Below, one piece after another: positions 1-8,548 of a DNA stretch of 55,970 bases. The stretch is from a bacterium (GTDB lineage Bacteria > Patescibacteriota > Minisyncoccia > UBA6257 > 2-01-FULL-56-20), in NCBI GenBank assembly GCA_021777495.1, contig JAJYDL010000001.1:1-55970 (forward strand). Reading direction: 5' to 3'. The notes below the pieces were generated by a model. The model saw only the letters and a list, made by a program, of their open reading frames with translations. It made no database searches and was not told where the DNA came from. Within the stretch, counting starts at the first letter, position 1, and the number at the start of each line of letters is the position of its first letter. Both the position numbers and the translations under genes were made by a program.

Positions 1-90
1 GCCGTCCGACTGCTCAATGACAGGCCAAGAAAGCGGCACGGCTACCGCACTCCGCGAGAGGTGTTCAATGGTCGTTGCAATTCAAACTAG
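1..90 (+). CDS. IS30 family transposase, C-terminal fragment (5' part outside window)
   Basis: Frame 1 reads AVRLLNDRPRKRHGYRTPREVFNGRCNSN*, identical to the C-terminus of the 325-aa transposase at 10262-11239. Confidence 0.85.
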   Translation, partial: AVRLLNDRPRKRHGYRTPREVFNGRCNSN

Positions 91-98
91 AATGCAGG
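1..98 (+). mobile_element. IS30-family insertion sequence, 3'-terminal 98 nt (copy 1, truncated by window edge)
   Basis: nt 1-98 are the exact reverse complement of 10254-10351. Identity stops at ...aatgcagg (98), which marks the IS end. Confidence 0.9.
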
Positions 99-177
99 CC
101 CGGGTGCCGCTCCCCTGGCGGAGGGTGGTATACTTACTATATATAAAGGTCGCACCATAGTCTTCCCACTCTACAAT

Positions 178-441
178 ATGGACGCTTCCACGCAGGAACA
201 CGCGGGAGAGCACGGGGTGCAGGATGCCGCAGCGCACGGACAGGATGCGGGGTGCCGTTGCGCCCATCGCCGCACCATTCCGGTCCTCGCGATCATCGTC
301 GGCCTCGAATTCTTCCTTGCGGAGATCGGCATCTTCACATGGGGGTTCGTGAACGTCACCTGGCCGCTCCTCGTCATCATTGCGGGCATCGCGGGACTCA
401 AGGGCAGCCACTGCCGCTGTCACGGCCGTTGCCGGGAATAA
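178..441 (+). CDS. small hypothetical membrane protein with His/Cys-rich termini
   Basis: 87-aa ORF with strong GC3 bias. It has a hydrophobic core (IPVLAIIVGLEFFLAEIGIFTWGFVNVTWPLLVIIAGIAGL) and a GSHCRCHGRCRE tail, and is followed by a bidirectional terminator. No family recognised. Confidence 0.5.
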   Translation: MDASTQEHAGEHGVQDAAAHGQDAGCRCAHRRTIPVLAIIVGLEFFLAEIGIFTWGFVNVTWPLLVIIAGIAGLKGSHCRCHGRCRE

Positions 442-472
442 CGAATCCGACACACCGGCGCGGACCGGGATC

Positions 473-508
473 AAAAAAGACCGCCGTCGCACGTCGGTCT
501 TTTTTTTT
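473..508. terminator. bidirectional intrinsic terminator
   Basis: aaaaaAGACCG-11 nt-CGGTCTtttttttt: the stem is flanked by an A-run and a T-run, and it lies between convergent ORFs 178-441 (+) and 519-1103 (-). Confidence 0.75.
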
Positions 509-518
509 GCTCCCTCTC

Positions 519-1103
519 CTATTGTGCGGGTTCTTCCGTCACCTTCTGGATGTTCGCTCTCCGAAGCAGTTCCCGCTGCAGCCATTCGGCGAGATCCTTG
601 TCGAGGGCCGGCAGGATGCCTTCGCTGTCGTCGTCGCCCGGCTTACCCACGTCCTCGTGGCCCGCGGTCAGGATCAGGATCTTGCTGAGGCCCATCATCT
701 GGAAAGAAAGATCCCGCTCGATGTCCACGTCCTGGATCTGCCGGTACGGGATCGCCACCTCCTCCTTCTCGAGGATGCCCCGCTTGATCTTCAGCGAATC
801 CTCCCCGAGCGCGAACTTATAGTTCGCGTAGATGAGCCATGCGATGAGGAACGTGACGCCGAACACAACAACAAAGAGGATCGCGGACGCCCCGGCGCCG
901 AGCATGGCGTATGCCGCCAGGTTTCCAAACGGCGTCGTCGCAAGCGATTTTTGGCTCCCCACCACGAGAAGCACGGCCGCGAGCATGAAGAAAAGCAGTG
1001 TTGCATTCATCCGCTCGAACACGAACATCCAGAGCGTCTTCCGCCCCAGCGTACGATATTCCTCCTCCGGGATCCCCGGGTGATTTACGGCTCCTTCTTC
1101 CAT
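519..1103 (-). CDS. bacterial PH-domain (bPH_2, YdbS/YdbT-like) membrane protein
   Basis: Two TM helices are followed by KIKRGILEKEEVAIPYRQIQDVDIERDLSFQMMGLSKILILTAG, typical of bPH_2. The track ORF begins at TTG 1178 and would overlap infC. ATG 1103 lies 7 nt downstream of TGgTAAAAT (1111-1119). Confidence 0.8.
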   Translation of the reverse strand: MEEGAVNHPGIPEEEYRTLGRKTLWMFVFERMNATLLFFMLAAVLLVVGSQKSLATTPFGNLAAYAMLGAGASAILFVVVFGVTFLIAWLIYANYKFALGEDSLKIKRGILEKEEVAIPYRQIQDVDIERDLSFQMMGLSKILILTAGHEDVGKPGDDDSEGILPALDKDLAEWLQRELLRRANIQKVTEEPAQ

Positions 1104-1104
1104 T

Positions 1105-1133
1105 TTGATTATTTTACCATATTTCGCTACAAT
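1105..1133 (+). promoter_or_regulatory. sigma70-like promoter for infC
   Basis: TTGATT (1105-1110), 17-nt spacer, TACAAT (1128-1133), about 38 nt upstream of the infC ATT start. Confidence 0.5.
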
Positions 1134-1171
1134 GGAACCAAGCATATTTGTTCGCGTAAGATCCCACTCCC

Positions 1172-1678
1172 ATTCCAAAGCCCCGTATCAACAGCCAAAT
1201 AACCGCCCCCGAGCTCCGCGTCATCGGAGAGGACGGAACCAACCTCGGCGTCATGCCCCGCGGAGAGGCGCTTAAGCTTGCCCGCCCCGAGGAAGGCCTC
1301 GATCTCATCGAGATCTCCGCAAATGCCAATCCCCCCGTCGTACGCCTTATGAGCTACGACAAGTTCCGCTATGAGGAGGATAAGCGCCTCAAAAAGGAAC
1401 GGCTCGCCCAGAAAGGGACGGCCATGAAGACGGTGCAGATCAGCGCCCGCGCCGCGGAGAACGACCTCATGGTCCGCGTCCGCCAGGTGGAGAAATTCTT
1501 CGCCCAAGGGCACCCCGTGGAGGTGACGATGCGCCTCCGCGGCCGCGAGAAGCGCAACAAGGACTGGGCAATGCAGAAACTCCTCGAATTCCTCAAGCTT
1601 CTGCCCATGGAATACAAGAAGCTCAACGAACCCCGCTTCCTCGGCAACGGCCCCGCCGTGCAGATCGCGAAAAAGTAG
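1172..1678 (+). CDS. infC: translation initiation factor IF-3 (ATT start codon)
   Basis: The track ORF (1253-1678) lacks the conserved N-terminus. The in-frame upstream sequence reads I-PKPRINSQITAPELRVIGEDGTNLGVMPRGEALKLA, the canonical IF-3 N-domain start. ATT at 1172 is the classical autoregulated infC start. Confidence 0.9.
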   Translation: MPKPRINSQITAPELRVIGEDGTNLGVMPRGEALKLARPEEGLDLIEISANANPPVVRLMSYDKFRYEEDKRLKKERLAQKGTAMKTVQISARAAENDLMVRVRQVEKFFAQGHPVEVTMRLRGREKRNKDWAMQKLLEFLKLLPMEYKKLNEPRFLGNGPAVQIAKK

Positions 1679-1694
1679 CCCGTTCCGGCTATAC

Positions 1695-1724
1695 TTGACA
1701 ATATAGGCACTTTTGTGCTATTAT
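1695..1724 (+). promoter_or_regulatory. sigma70-like promoter
   Basis: TTGACA (1695-1700), 18-nt spacer, TATTAT (1719-1724). It is followed by AGGAGG (1741-1746) and ATG 1751. Confidence 0.6.
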
Positions 1725-1750
1725 ATATACGTCATCCCAAAGGAGGGGTT

Positions 1751-1948
1751 ATGACTATGTTGTCGACGCCGGATTCAGTTGTTCTTTTTGCGGTGTGCCT
1801 GCTGGTATTGGCACTCCGCAGACCTCGAGTGCTCGCGGTCTGTCCCGCGGCCGCAGGCGCGGCCATGTTCGGGGTGATGCTCTACGGCATCACCCATGCA
1901 GCGGTGCTGGCCAATGAAGGCCAGCAGATCCTCGCCCAGCTCCGCTAG
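1751..1948 (+). CDS. small hypothetical two-TM protein between infC and rpmI
   Basis: Strong SD aaAGGAGGggtt precedes the ATG. The 65-aa ORF (MTMLSTPDSVVLFAVCLLVLAL...FGVMLYGITHAAVLA) has moderate GC3 bias. Confidence 0.5.
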   Translation: MTMLSTPDSVVLFAVCLLVLALRRPRVLAVCPAAAGAAMFGVMLYGITHAAVLANEGQQILAQLR

Positions 1949-1967
1949 GCGAGGCCACAATCCAATC

Positions 1968-1996
1968 GAGGCAGGGACCACCGCCGTCCCTGCCTC
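1968..1996 (+). other. perfect 11-bp GC-rich hairpin (possible attenuator or processing signal upstream of rpmI)
   Basis: GAGGCAGGGAC-caccgcc-GTCCCTGCCTC. Only a weak T-tract follows (ttcccatatc). Confidence 0.45.
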
Positions 1997-2123
1997 TTCC
2001 CATATCATGGGGGGGCGTGGATCCCGGCAGTTGCAAAGTTTTCCCCGATGTGATACCCTCTTACCTATTGAGCAGGAGATACCCCTCACCGGGGGATTTT
2101 TCAAGGAAACCCATACGAATCCC

Positions 2124-2294
2124 ATGCCTTCCAAAAGCCTTTCCAAACGGATAAAGATCACGAAGAACGGAAAGATCGTGCGCCGCTCCATGGGCATCGA
2201 TCATTTCAAGACGCGCAAGAGCACCAAGACGAACCGCAATTCCCGGAAGAACGCTTCGCTCAATTTCCCTCTCAAGAAGCTTCTCAACTATTAA
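2124..2294 (+). CDS. rpmI: 50S ribosomal protein L35
   Basis: MPSKSLSKRIKITKNGKIVRRSMGIDHFKTRKSTKTNRNSRK... is a typical L35, starting at an internal ATG of track ORF 1896-2294. Confidence 0.93.
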   Translation: MPSKSLSKRIKITKNGKIVRRSMGIDHFKTRKSTKTNRNSRKNASLNFPLKKLLNY

Positions 2295-2311
2295 TATAAC
2301 CGCATACCGCC

Positions 2312-2659
2312 ATGCCGAGAGTCAAAAGGGGTACCATTGCCAATAAGCGCCGCGCCAAAGTCCTCAAGAGGACCAAGGGGTTCCGCTGGGGCCGCAAGTC
2401 GAAGGAGCGCTATGCGAAAGAGGCGCTTCTCCACGCCGGAGCCCACGCGTTCCGCGGACGCAAGGAGAAGAAGCGCACCTACCGCCAGCTCTGGAACGTG
2501 AAGATCAATGCGGTGATCCGGGAGGAGGGCATGAGCTACAGCAAGTTCATCGCCGCGCTCAAAAAGGCGAACGTCGCCCTCGACCGCAAGATCCTCGCCG
2601 ACCTCGCCGAGCACGAACCCGAAGCGTTCAAGAAGGTGGTCGCTGCAGCCAAGAAATAG
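2312..2659 (+). CDS. rplT: 50S ribosomal protein L20
   Basis: MPRVKRGTIANKRRAKVLKRTKGFRWGRKSKERYAKEALLHAGAHAFRGRKEKKRTYRQLW... is a canonical L20. Confidence 0.95.
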   Translation: MPRVKRGTIANKRRAKVLKRTKGFRWGRKSKERYAKEALLHAGAHAFRGRKEKKRTYRQLWNVKINAVIREEGMSYSKFIAALKKANVALDRKILADLAEHEPEAFKKVVAAAKK

Positions 2660-2666
2660 CAGATAT

Positions 2667-2690
2667 AAAAAAGGCCTTCGGGCCTTTTTT
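2667..2690. terminator. bidirectional intrinsic terminator
   Basis: AAAAAAGGCC-ttcg-GGCCTTTTTT lies between convergent rplT and the NUDIX gene. Confidence 0.85.
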
Positions 2691-2700
2691 GTTTGTTCCT

Positions 2701-3288
2701 TTATTTCCTTGCGGAACCTTCCTTTTGCGCGTCACGGTGGGATGATGCGGGCGTCCCTTGGCGGCGTTCGGCGGTGCGATGCGGCGAAGGCGCTTGCTGC
2801 GGCGATTGCGGCTTCCGCCGCGGACGCAGAAAATCGTTCGCCTGCTTCAGCACCTTCTTCGTGTCCACGTACTTCTTCCCTATCACGTTCATCGCATCGT
2901 GGTAGAGGAACCATCCGTACCCGCTGTGCTCCCTCGGGCGGATGATGATCTCCGCTTTGTGCGTCTCGGCAAGGAAAAGGATCACGGTGTCGTAGATCCC
3001 CTGCGCACCGATTTTGAAATAGAAGCGTTCGTAGGCCCTGAAGTTCGGCGCGATCCGCAGCTCGTTCTTCTTGATGCCCGTCTCTTCCTCGAGCTCCCGC
3101 AGTGCGGTATCGATGCTCCGCTCGCCCGGTTCGAAGTGCCCCTTCGGGAAGTTCCAGTAATTCCCCCTGCGATACAAAAGGAGGAACTTCACCCCGTCGC
3201 TCGTCTTCCGATAGACGACGAACCCCGCCACCACCTGCTTTTTCGTGGGGATTTTCCGCGGTTCAGCGGGCTCTTTGGGCAATGTCAT
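2701..3288 (-). CDS. NUDIX hydrolase
   Basis: Nudix box GHFEPGERSIDTALRELEEETGI. The C-terminal tail is basic and Pro-rich. Confidence 0.9.
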   Translation of the reverse strand: MTLPKEPAEPRKIPTKKQVVAGFVVYRKTSDGVKFLLLYRRGNYWNFPKGHFEPGERSIDTALRELEEETGIKKNELRIAPNFRAYERFYFKIGAQGIYDTVILFLAETHKAEIIIRPREHSGYGWFLYHDAMNVIGKKYVDTKKVLKQANDFLRPRRKPQSPQQAPSPHRTAERRQGTPASSHRDAQKEGSARK

Positions 3289-3377
3289 GGGGTAATTCTA
3301 CCATACCCCGCACTCCTGCGCGGTACCTTTTCATATTTTTACATATATGGTATAATGTTTACCAGGAGGGTTCACCG

Positions 3378-3854
3378 ATGGAAGTGTTTGCGATTGTGTT
3401 GGCGATTGGGATTCTGTTCTTTCTCTTGGAAACGGCACCGGTGTCGCTTGATGAGATCAAGCTGATGGCCGCAAGCGCAGAGGATTTTTCGGTGTTTCGG
3501 CTGCCCGCCGCTCCGGGAGATCCGCGCGCCATTTTCCGGGTATCCGGATATTCATCCCTCGGGCTCTACCATTGCACGTATGCGGCAATGATCATAGAGA
3601 CCCCGGAAGGATACGTGGTCTCCGAAGAGATCACGGCGAACGTCGGGCTCTTCAGGACTCGTGCGCTCCGCGGCGATTTTCTGAACGATCGCCTCATGCG
3701 CTGGGGACGCCATGCACGGTATAAAGACGTTCCCCTTGTCCCCGATGAAGAAGCCGCAATGCTGCTTAAAAATCTGCTATCGATGGCGAGAACCCTGGTC
3801 GCCCGCACCCAGGGAGTAACATCCATCATCGCCCCGTCACAGATTCGCCCGTGA
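3378..3854 (+). CDS. hypothetical protein with N-terminal TM helix
   Basis: AGGAGG (3364-3369) lies 8 nt before ATG 3378, and TGgTATAAT lies upstream. The N-terminus is MEVFAIVLAIGILFFLLE..., and a terminator overlaps the stop codon. Confidence 0.7.
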   Translation: MEVFAIVLAIGILFFLLETAPVSLDEIKLMAASAEDFSVFRLPAAPGDPRAIFRVSGYSSLGLYHCTYAAMIIETPEGYVVSEEITANVGLFRTRALRGDFLNDRLMRWGRHARYKDVPLVPDEEAAMLLKNLLSMARTLVARTQGVTSIIAPSQIRP

Positions 3855-3866
3855 CGGGGCTTTTTT
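3831..3866 (+). terminator. intrinsic terminator
   Basis: GCCCCGTCAC-10 nt-GTGACGGGGC followed by TTTTTT. Confidence 0.85.
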
Positions 3867-5631
3867 ACCATCCTGCGCTTTTTTTGAGGCGCGCGCGCAT
3901 CTTCGCGAGCGGCCGGGCGTTCACCACGTCATCCCTCGATGCCCATCCGCGCCGCGCCTGCGCGATGCCGTATTCGAGATAGGGAAAGTGGGCGATGGCA
4001 TGCGCGTCGGAATCGATGGAAAGCTGCACGCCGGCTTCCACGCACTTGCGGATATATTCATCCCTGAGATCCGTGCGGTCCGGATAGGCGTCGATCTCGA
4101 GCACGGTGCCGGTGCGTTTTGCCGCCGCGATCACCGCATCCATATCGAGATCGATCGGCGGGCGCCGGTCGATGATGCGGCACGTGGGATGGAAGAGGAT
4201 GTCCACATAGGGATTCTCCATCGCACGGATCACCCGCGCCGTCTGGTCCTTGCGGGAAAGCCCGAAGAACGAGTGCACCGATACTCCCACGACGTCCAGC
4301 TTCGCAAGCACCTCGTCGGGGAGATCGAGCGACCCGTCCTTCAGGATATCGCACTCCGTCCCTTTGAGAACCGTCATCTTCCCCGCAAGCCGCGCATTCA
4401 CCGCATCGATCTCCTTCCATTGCTTCCGTATCCGCACCTCGTCGAGGCCGTGCGTCATCGCAAGCCGCTTCGTATGGTCGGTGACCGCGATATAGGCGAG
4501 TCCCTGCGCCATAGCCGCCTTCGCCATTGCCTCGATCGATGCCGTACCGTCGGTCCAGTCGGTCTGCACCTGGAGGTCCCCTTTGAGGTCCCCGTATTCG
4601 ATGAGCTTCGGGAGTCTGTGCGCAAGCGCCGCCTGCACCTCCCCCGCATTCTCGCGGAGCTCCGGCGCGGGCCAGTCCATGCCGAGGCGGGCGTAGATCT
4701 CCCGTTCATCGTCCCCGGCAATGCGGACCTCCTTCCCTCCGGGGCCCACTTTGAAAAGCCCGTACTCATTGAGCTTCAATCCTTTCTTTACCGCAATCTG
4801 GCGTATCGCCACGTTGTGGTCCTTCGATCCCGTGAAATAATTGAGCGCCGCGCCGTAGGATTCCTTCGGAACCACCCGTAAGTCCACGTTGATGCCCGGA
4901 CGTATCTTTATGGACGACTTCGTCGCGCCGTGCGCGATGACGGAGAGCGTCCCCGGCATTGCGACGAACGCCTCCATGACGGTCCCCGGATCGGACGAGA
5001 TCGCAAGAATATCGATATCGCCGACGGTCTCTTTGCGCCGGCGCGCCGAACCCGCGGCGATCGCGCGTTCCACGCCCGGCACGGCGGCGAGCATCGCCTC
5101 GATCTCCCGCACCTTCGGCATGATGTGCCCCAGCATGAACCGCTGACCGGCCCCTTTTGCGAATCCGATCCCCTTCAAGATCTTCTCCTCGCTCTTTTTT
5201 CCGAATCCCGCGAGCGCCGCGATCTTCCCCGCCTTCGCCGCGGCTTCGAGCTCCTTCAGGTTGCGGATGCCGAGCTCCCTATAGAGCCGCTCCACGGATT
5301 TCGGTCCGAGCCCTTCCACCCGGGAAAGCTCGTCGAGGCGCACCGGCGTCTCTTTCTTGAGCGACTCGTAATACGCGAGCCTGCCCGTCTTCAAAATCTC
5401 TTCGATATGCTCCGCGATCGATGCCCCCACGCCCGGGATCTCCCGCAACGCCTTCACGCCCCCTTTCGCATAGAGGTCGGACGCCTCCTCCTCGAGGCCC
5501 GCCACCGCCTCCGCGGCCTTCTCGTAGGCCCGCGGTTTGAAGGCCACCTTCTGCATCGCGAGATATTCCCCGATCTGGCGGAGCATCTCCGCAATGTCCC
5601 GGTTCGTGGATGCCGTCGGTCTTAAAGCCAT
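3865..5631 (-). CDS. polX: DNA polymerase X family protein with C-terminal PHP domain (PolX)
   Basis: 588 aa. N-terminal HhH/pol-beta-like region (IPGVGASIAEHIEEIL, GSARRRKETVGDIDIL) plus PHP motifs (QTDWTDG, VTDHT, SVHS, DSDAH). Confidence 0.92.
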   Translation of the reverse strand: MALRPTASTNRDIAEMLRQIGEYLAMQKVAFKPRAYEKAAEAVAGLEEEASDLYAKGGVKALREIPGVGASIAEHIEEILKTGRLAYYESLKKETPVRLDELSRVEGLGPKSVERLYRELGIRNLKELEAAAKAGKIAALAGFGKKSEEKILKGIGFAKGAGQRFMLGHIMPKVREIEAMLAAVPGVERAIAAGSARRRKETVGDIDILAISSDPGTVMEAFVAMPGTLSVIAHGATKSSIKIRPGINVDLRVVPKESYGAALNYFTGSKDHNVAIRQIAVKKGLKLNEYGLFKVGPGGKEVRIAGDDEREIYARLGMDWPAPELRENAGEVQAALAHRLPKLIEYGDLKGDLQVQTDWTDGTASIEAMAKAAMAQGLAYIAVTDHTKRLAMTHGLDEVRIRKQWKEIDAVNARLAGKMTVLKGTECDILKDGSLDLPDEVLAKLDVVGVSVHSFFGLSRKDQTARVIRAMENPYVDILFHPTCRIIDRRPPIDLDMDAVIAAAKRTGTVLEIDAYPDRTDLRDEYIRKCVEAGVQLSIDSDAHAIAHFPYLEYGIAQARRGWASRDDVVNARPLAKMRARLKKSAGW

Positions 5632-5685
5632 ACCTCCATTCTACCGCATTGCGCTATTTCTCCGCATTATATAACGCCATTTTTA

Positions 5686-8208
5686 TCACTGCTCCGGCAC
5701 GAAGTCGAACACACCGTCCGCATACACGAGCTTCACGCGGTTCCCCTTCAGCACCTTCTTACCGAGGATCGCCCGGGAAAGCGGGGCGCGCACCTTTTCG
5801 TCGATCACCCTGCGGAGCGGACGCGCACCATACGCGGGATCGTATCCGAGCTTCGCGATCTCCCGGAGCGCCTCGGGATCGAAATCGAGATAGATCCCCT
5901 TCTCCTTCATGGTATCCACGAGCTCCGCGAGATTCATCGCCACGATCTTCATGAGGTCGTCCGGCCCGAGATTCTTGAACACGATGATCTTCGAAAAGCG
6001 GTTGAGGAGCTCCGGCTTGTAGACGTCCGTAAGCCGCGCCTTCACGTATTCCGCGATCTGATCCATCGATTGGCCCTGCGAGAGCGCCTCGTTCACGATG
6101 TCCGAATGGGCGTTCGAGGTCGCAATGACGATCGTGTTCGTGAAGTCCACGACCCGGTTCAGGCTGTCCGTGAGGCGTCCGTCATCGAGCACCTGCAGGA
6201 AGAGATCGAGAATATCCGGATACGCCTTCTCGAACTCGTCGAGAAGGATGAGGCTATACGGCTTCGCGAGGACCGCATCGGTGAGCGCACCGCGCACCGC
6301 GCCGTCGGACGATCCTATGAAGCGCGCGTAGCTCGCCTTGTCCTGGTACTCCGTCATGTCGAAGCGGACCATCATCCGCTCCGAACCGAACTGGATGTCG
6401 GCGAGGATCTTCGCGAGCTCCGTTTTTCCAACACCGGTCGGCCCTACGAAAAGGAAGCTTGCGATCGGCCCCCCTTTGCGCACAAGGCCCGATCGGTATT
6501 CCCGTATGGCGTCCGCCACCGCGTTCACCGCCTCATCCTGGCCCACCAGCCGCTCGTGCACAAGCTCCTCCATATGAAGCAGCTTCTCCGCCTCGTCCTC
6601 GTCCGCTTCGTGCATCGGCACGTTCACCATTCCTTCGGCGACCGCGGTGATCCTCTCCGGACCGAGCGCCTTTTCTCCGCGCCGCTCCGCATCCACGAGC
6701 GCGCTCTTCACAAGCTCCTCGGCGCTCGAGGGAAGATACTTGTCGCGGAGATACCGCTTCGCGAGCGCAACGGCGCGCTTGATCGCTCCGAAACTTATCT
6801 CGATATCCGTCTCGTCCTCGAGCAGTACGCTTTCGTACGTAAGGACCCGCTCCGCCTCCTCTTCCGTGATCTCCGCCACGGGAATCTTCTCGAATATCGC
6901 GACAAAATCGCTGCGGGGCTCGATGAGCTGCTTGAACTCGCGGGGATAGGTCGACCCGATGACCGGGAACCGGTTCTCCATGATGACGGGCATGAGCGCA
7001 TCGGCCGCCGAAAGGTACGAAGCCCCCGACGTGCGCACAAGATTGTGGATATCGGGGATATGGAGGATGACGTTCCCCGCGTCCTCGATCTCCTCCACGA
7101 TGGCCTTGATCCGCGCCTCGAGCTCCTCCGGCGGTGCGCCGGCCGCAAGGCTCGCAAGATGAAGTTCCACCAGGCGGCGGTCGAAGAGCCCGCTCGGGAC
7201 ATTGTCCTTCACGAGCGCGAGAGCGAGGTGATGCACGATCGATTCCTTCCCGATACCGGGCTCGCCTATGAGGATCGCATTCGGATTGAGCGGCCGCGCG
7301 AGCGTTTCAATGAGACGGCCGTACTCCGCGCCGTGCCCCACGAGGAATCCCGCCTGCCCGCCCCTCGCCATGTCGGTAAGGTCGACGGCATAACGGTCGA
7401 GCGTGGGCGTCGGGCGCGCGGTCCATGCCCGGTTCATGATCCGATGCTTCGCCATCCGGTGCGTACCGATACCGAAGCCGCCCAACACCCGCGGAAGGCG
7501 CCGGAGGAATCCCCGTTTCGTAAGGGATCCGAAGAGGAGCGCGCGCTCGAGATCGCCGGATTCGATGGAAAACTCCCGAAAGAGCATCTCCATTCCTTCG
7601 CCCCCCGTTTTGGCAAGCGCCGAAAAAACATCCGCAGGCTGGATGAACTCATGGCCCGCCCGGACCGCCTGCGCAAACGCCGCCGCAAGGATCGCTTCGA
7701 CGGCCTTCTCGGCCTCCTCGCGTCCCGGACGTGCATTTCCGCTCTTCTCGAGGATCGCTTCGAGCTTTTCTTTGAAATCGCGGGTCTTTACGTCGAGGCG
7801 GCGCAACCCCTCCGCGATCACCGGCGATTCGAGGAGGCGATGCGCGAGTTCCGCGGAGAAATCCTTCCTCGTAATGATGCTTCTGTCGAGCGCACGCTCG
7901 ATGGCGCCGAATGCCGCGGGCGACGTGACCTTCGCAAGGTCGATCCTTCCCTCTCCGAACGAAATCTCGGAGATGGGCACATCCCCCTGCCCCCGATGCA
8001 CGAGAAGATCCGCCGCAACGATCAGAAGGAATATGCCGATCCACACGAGGAAATGGATCTTCGAGAAAATAAAGGTGAAGATCGCCGCCGCAAGCACGAG
8101 GTACGACACCCGGCCCACCACCCGCACGATCATGCGTCCGCCCACCGTCATCCTGAGGCGCGGATCGTCGAGATAGAGCGATGAGGGATCAAAAGGTCTT
8201 TGCCGCAT
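5686..8208 (-). CDS. Clp/Hsp100-type double-ring AAA+ ATPase with N-terminal TM segments and a degenerate D1
   Basis: D2 is intact (FVGPTGVGKTELAK; SLILLDEFEKAYPD). D1 reads GEPGIGKES and ILHIPDIH. ATG 8208 (MRQRPFDPSS) overlaps the upstream gene's stop by 20 nt. Hydrophobic segments are VSYLVLAAAIFTFIF and FLVWIGIFLLIVAADLLV. Confidence 0.88.
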   Translation of the reverse strand: MRQRPFDPSSLYLDDPRLRMTVGGRMIVRVVGRVSYLVLAAAIFTFIFSKIHFLVWIGIFLLIVAADLLVHRGQGDVPISEISFGEGRIDLAKVTSPAAFGAIERALDRSIITRKDFSAELAHRLLESPVIAEGLRRLDVKTRDFKEKLEAILEKSGNARPGREEAEKAVEAILAAAFAQAVRAGHEFIQPADVFSALAKTGGEGMEMLFREFSIESGDLERALLFGSLTKRGFLRRLPRVLGGFGIGTHRMAKHRIMNRAWTARPTPTLDRYAVDLTDMARGGQAGFLVGHGAEYGRLIETLARPLNPNAILIGEPGIGKESIVHHLALALVKDNVPSGLFDRRLVELHLASLAAGAPPEELEARIKAIVEEIEDAGNVILHIPDIHNLVRTSGASYLSAADALMPVIMENRFPVIGSTYPREFKQLIEPRSDFVAIFEKIPVAEITEEEAERVLTYESVLLEDETDIEISFGAIKRAVALAKRYLRDKYLPSSAEELVKSALVDAERRGEKALGPERITAVAEGMVNVPMHEADEDEAEKLLHMEELVHERLVGQDEAVNAVADAIREYRSGLVRKGGPIASFLFVGPTGVGKTELAKILADIQFGSERMMVRFDMTEYQDKASYARFIGSSDGAVRGALTDAVLAKPYSLILLDEFEKAYPDILDLFLQVLDDGRLTDSLNRVVDFTNTIVIATSNAHSDIVNEALSQGQSMDQIAEYVKARLTDVYKPELLNRFSKIIVFKNLGPDDLMKIVAMNLAELVDTMKEKGIYLDFDPEALREIAKLGYDPAYGARPLRRVIDEKVRAPLSRAILGKKVLKGNRVKLVYADGVFDFVPEQ

Positions 8209-8536
8209 AGTAAAGGATAAGGAACGGGACCGCGATCCATATCGCATAGGCGATAAAGAAACATCCTGCGATCGCGAAATCGACGACCGCCCCGAGCGCA
8301 AGGCGGCCCGTCCTGAATATCACCCCGAGGATGCGCCCCACGATCGTGTAGTCCTTATAGAGCGGTTCGAAGAAATGCCGCACCGTCACCCGGAGCGCAA
8401 AGGAGCGATCCGCGGCCGCGAGCGCCGCCATAAGCCTCCGCCCGAACGCCGCCGACCCGTCGATATACCAATGATGGAAAAACGCGTAGATCCGGTAAAA
8501 GAAGCGCCCGAAAAGATAGGTCAGACTGAAATCCAT
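8189..8536 (-). CDS. hypothetical membrane protein
   Basis: 115 aa with a C-terminal TM pair (LALGAVVDFAIAGCFFIAYAIWIAVPFLILYY). It overlaps the Clp-like gene. Confidence 0.7.
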   Translation of the reverse strand: MDFSLTYLFGRFFYRIYAFFHHWYIDGSAAFGRRLMAALAAADRSFALRVTVRHFFEPLYKDYTIVGRILGVIFRTGRLALGAVVDFAIAGCFFIAYAIWIAVPFLILYYAAKTF

Positions 8537-8548
8537 ACCATAATCATA

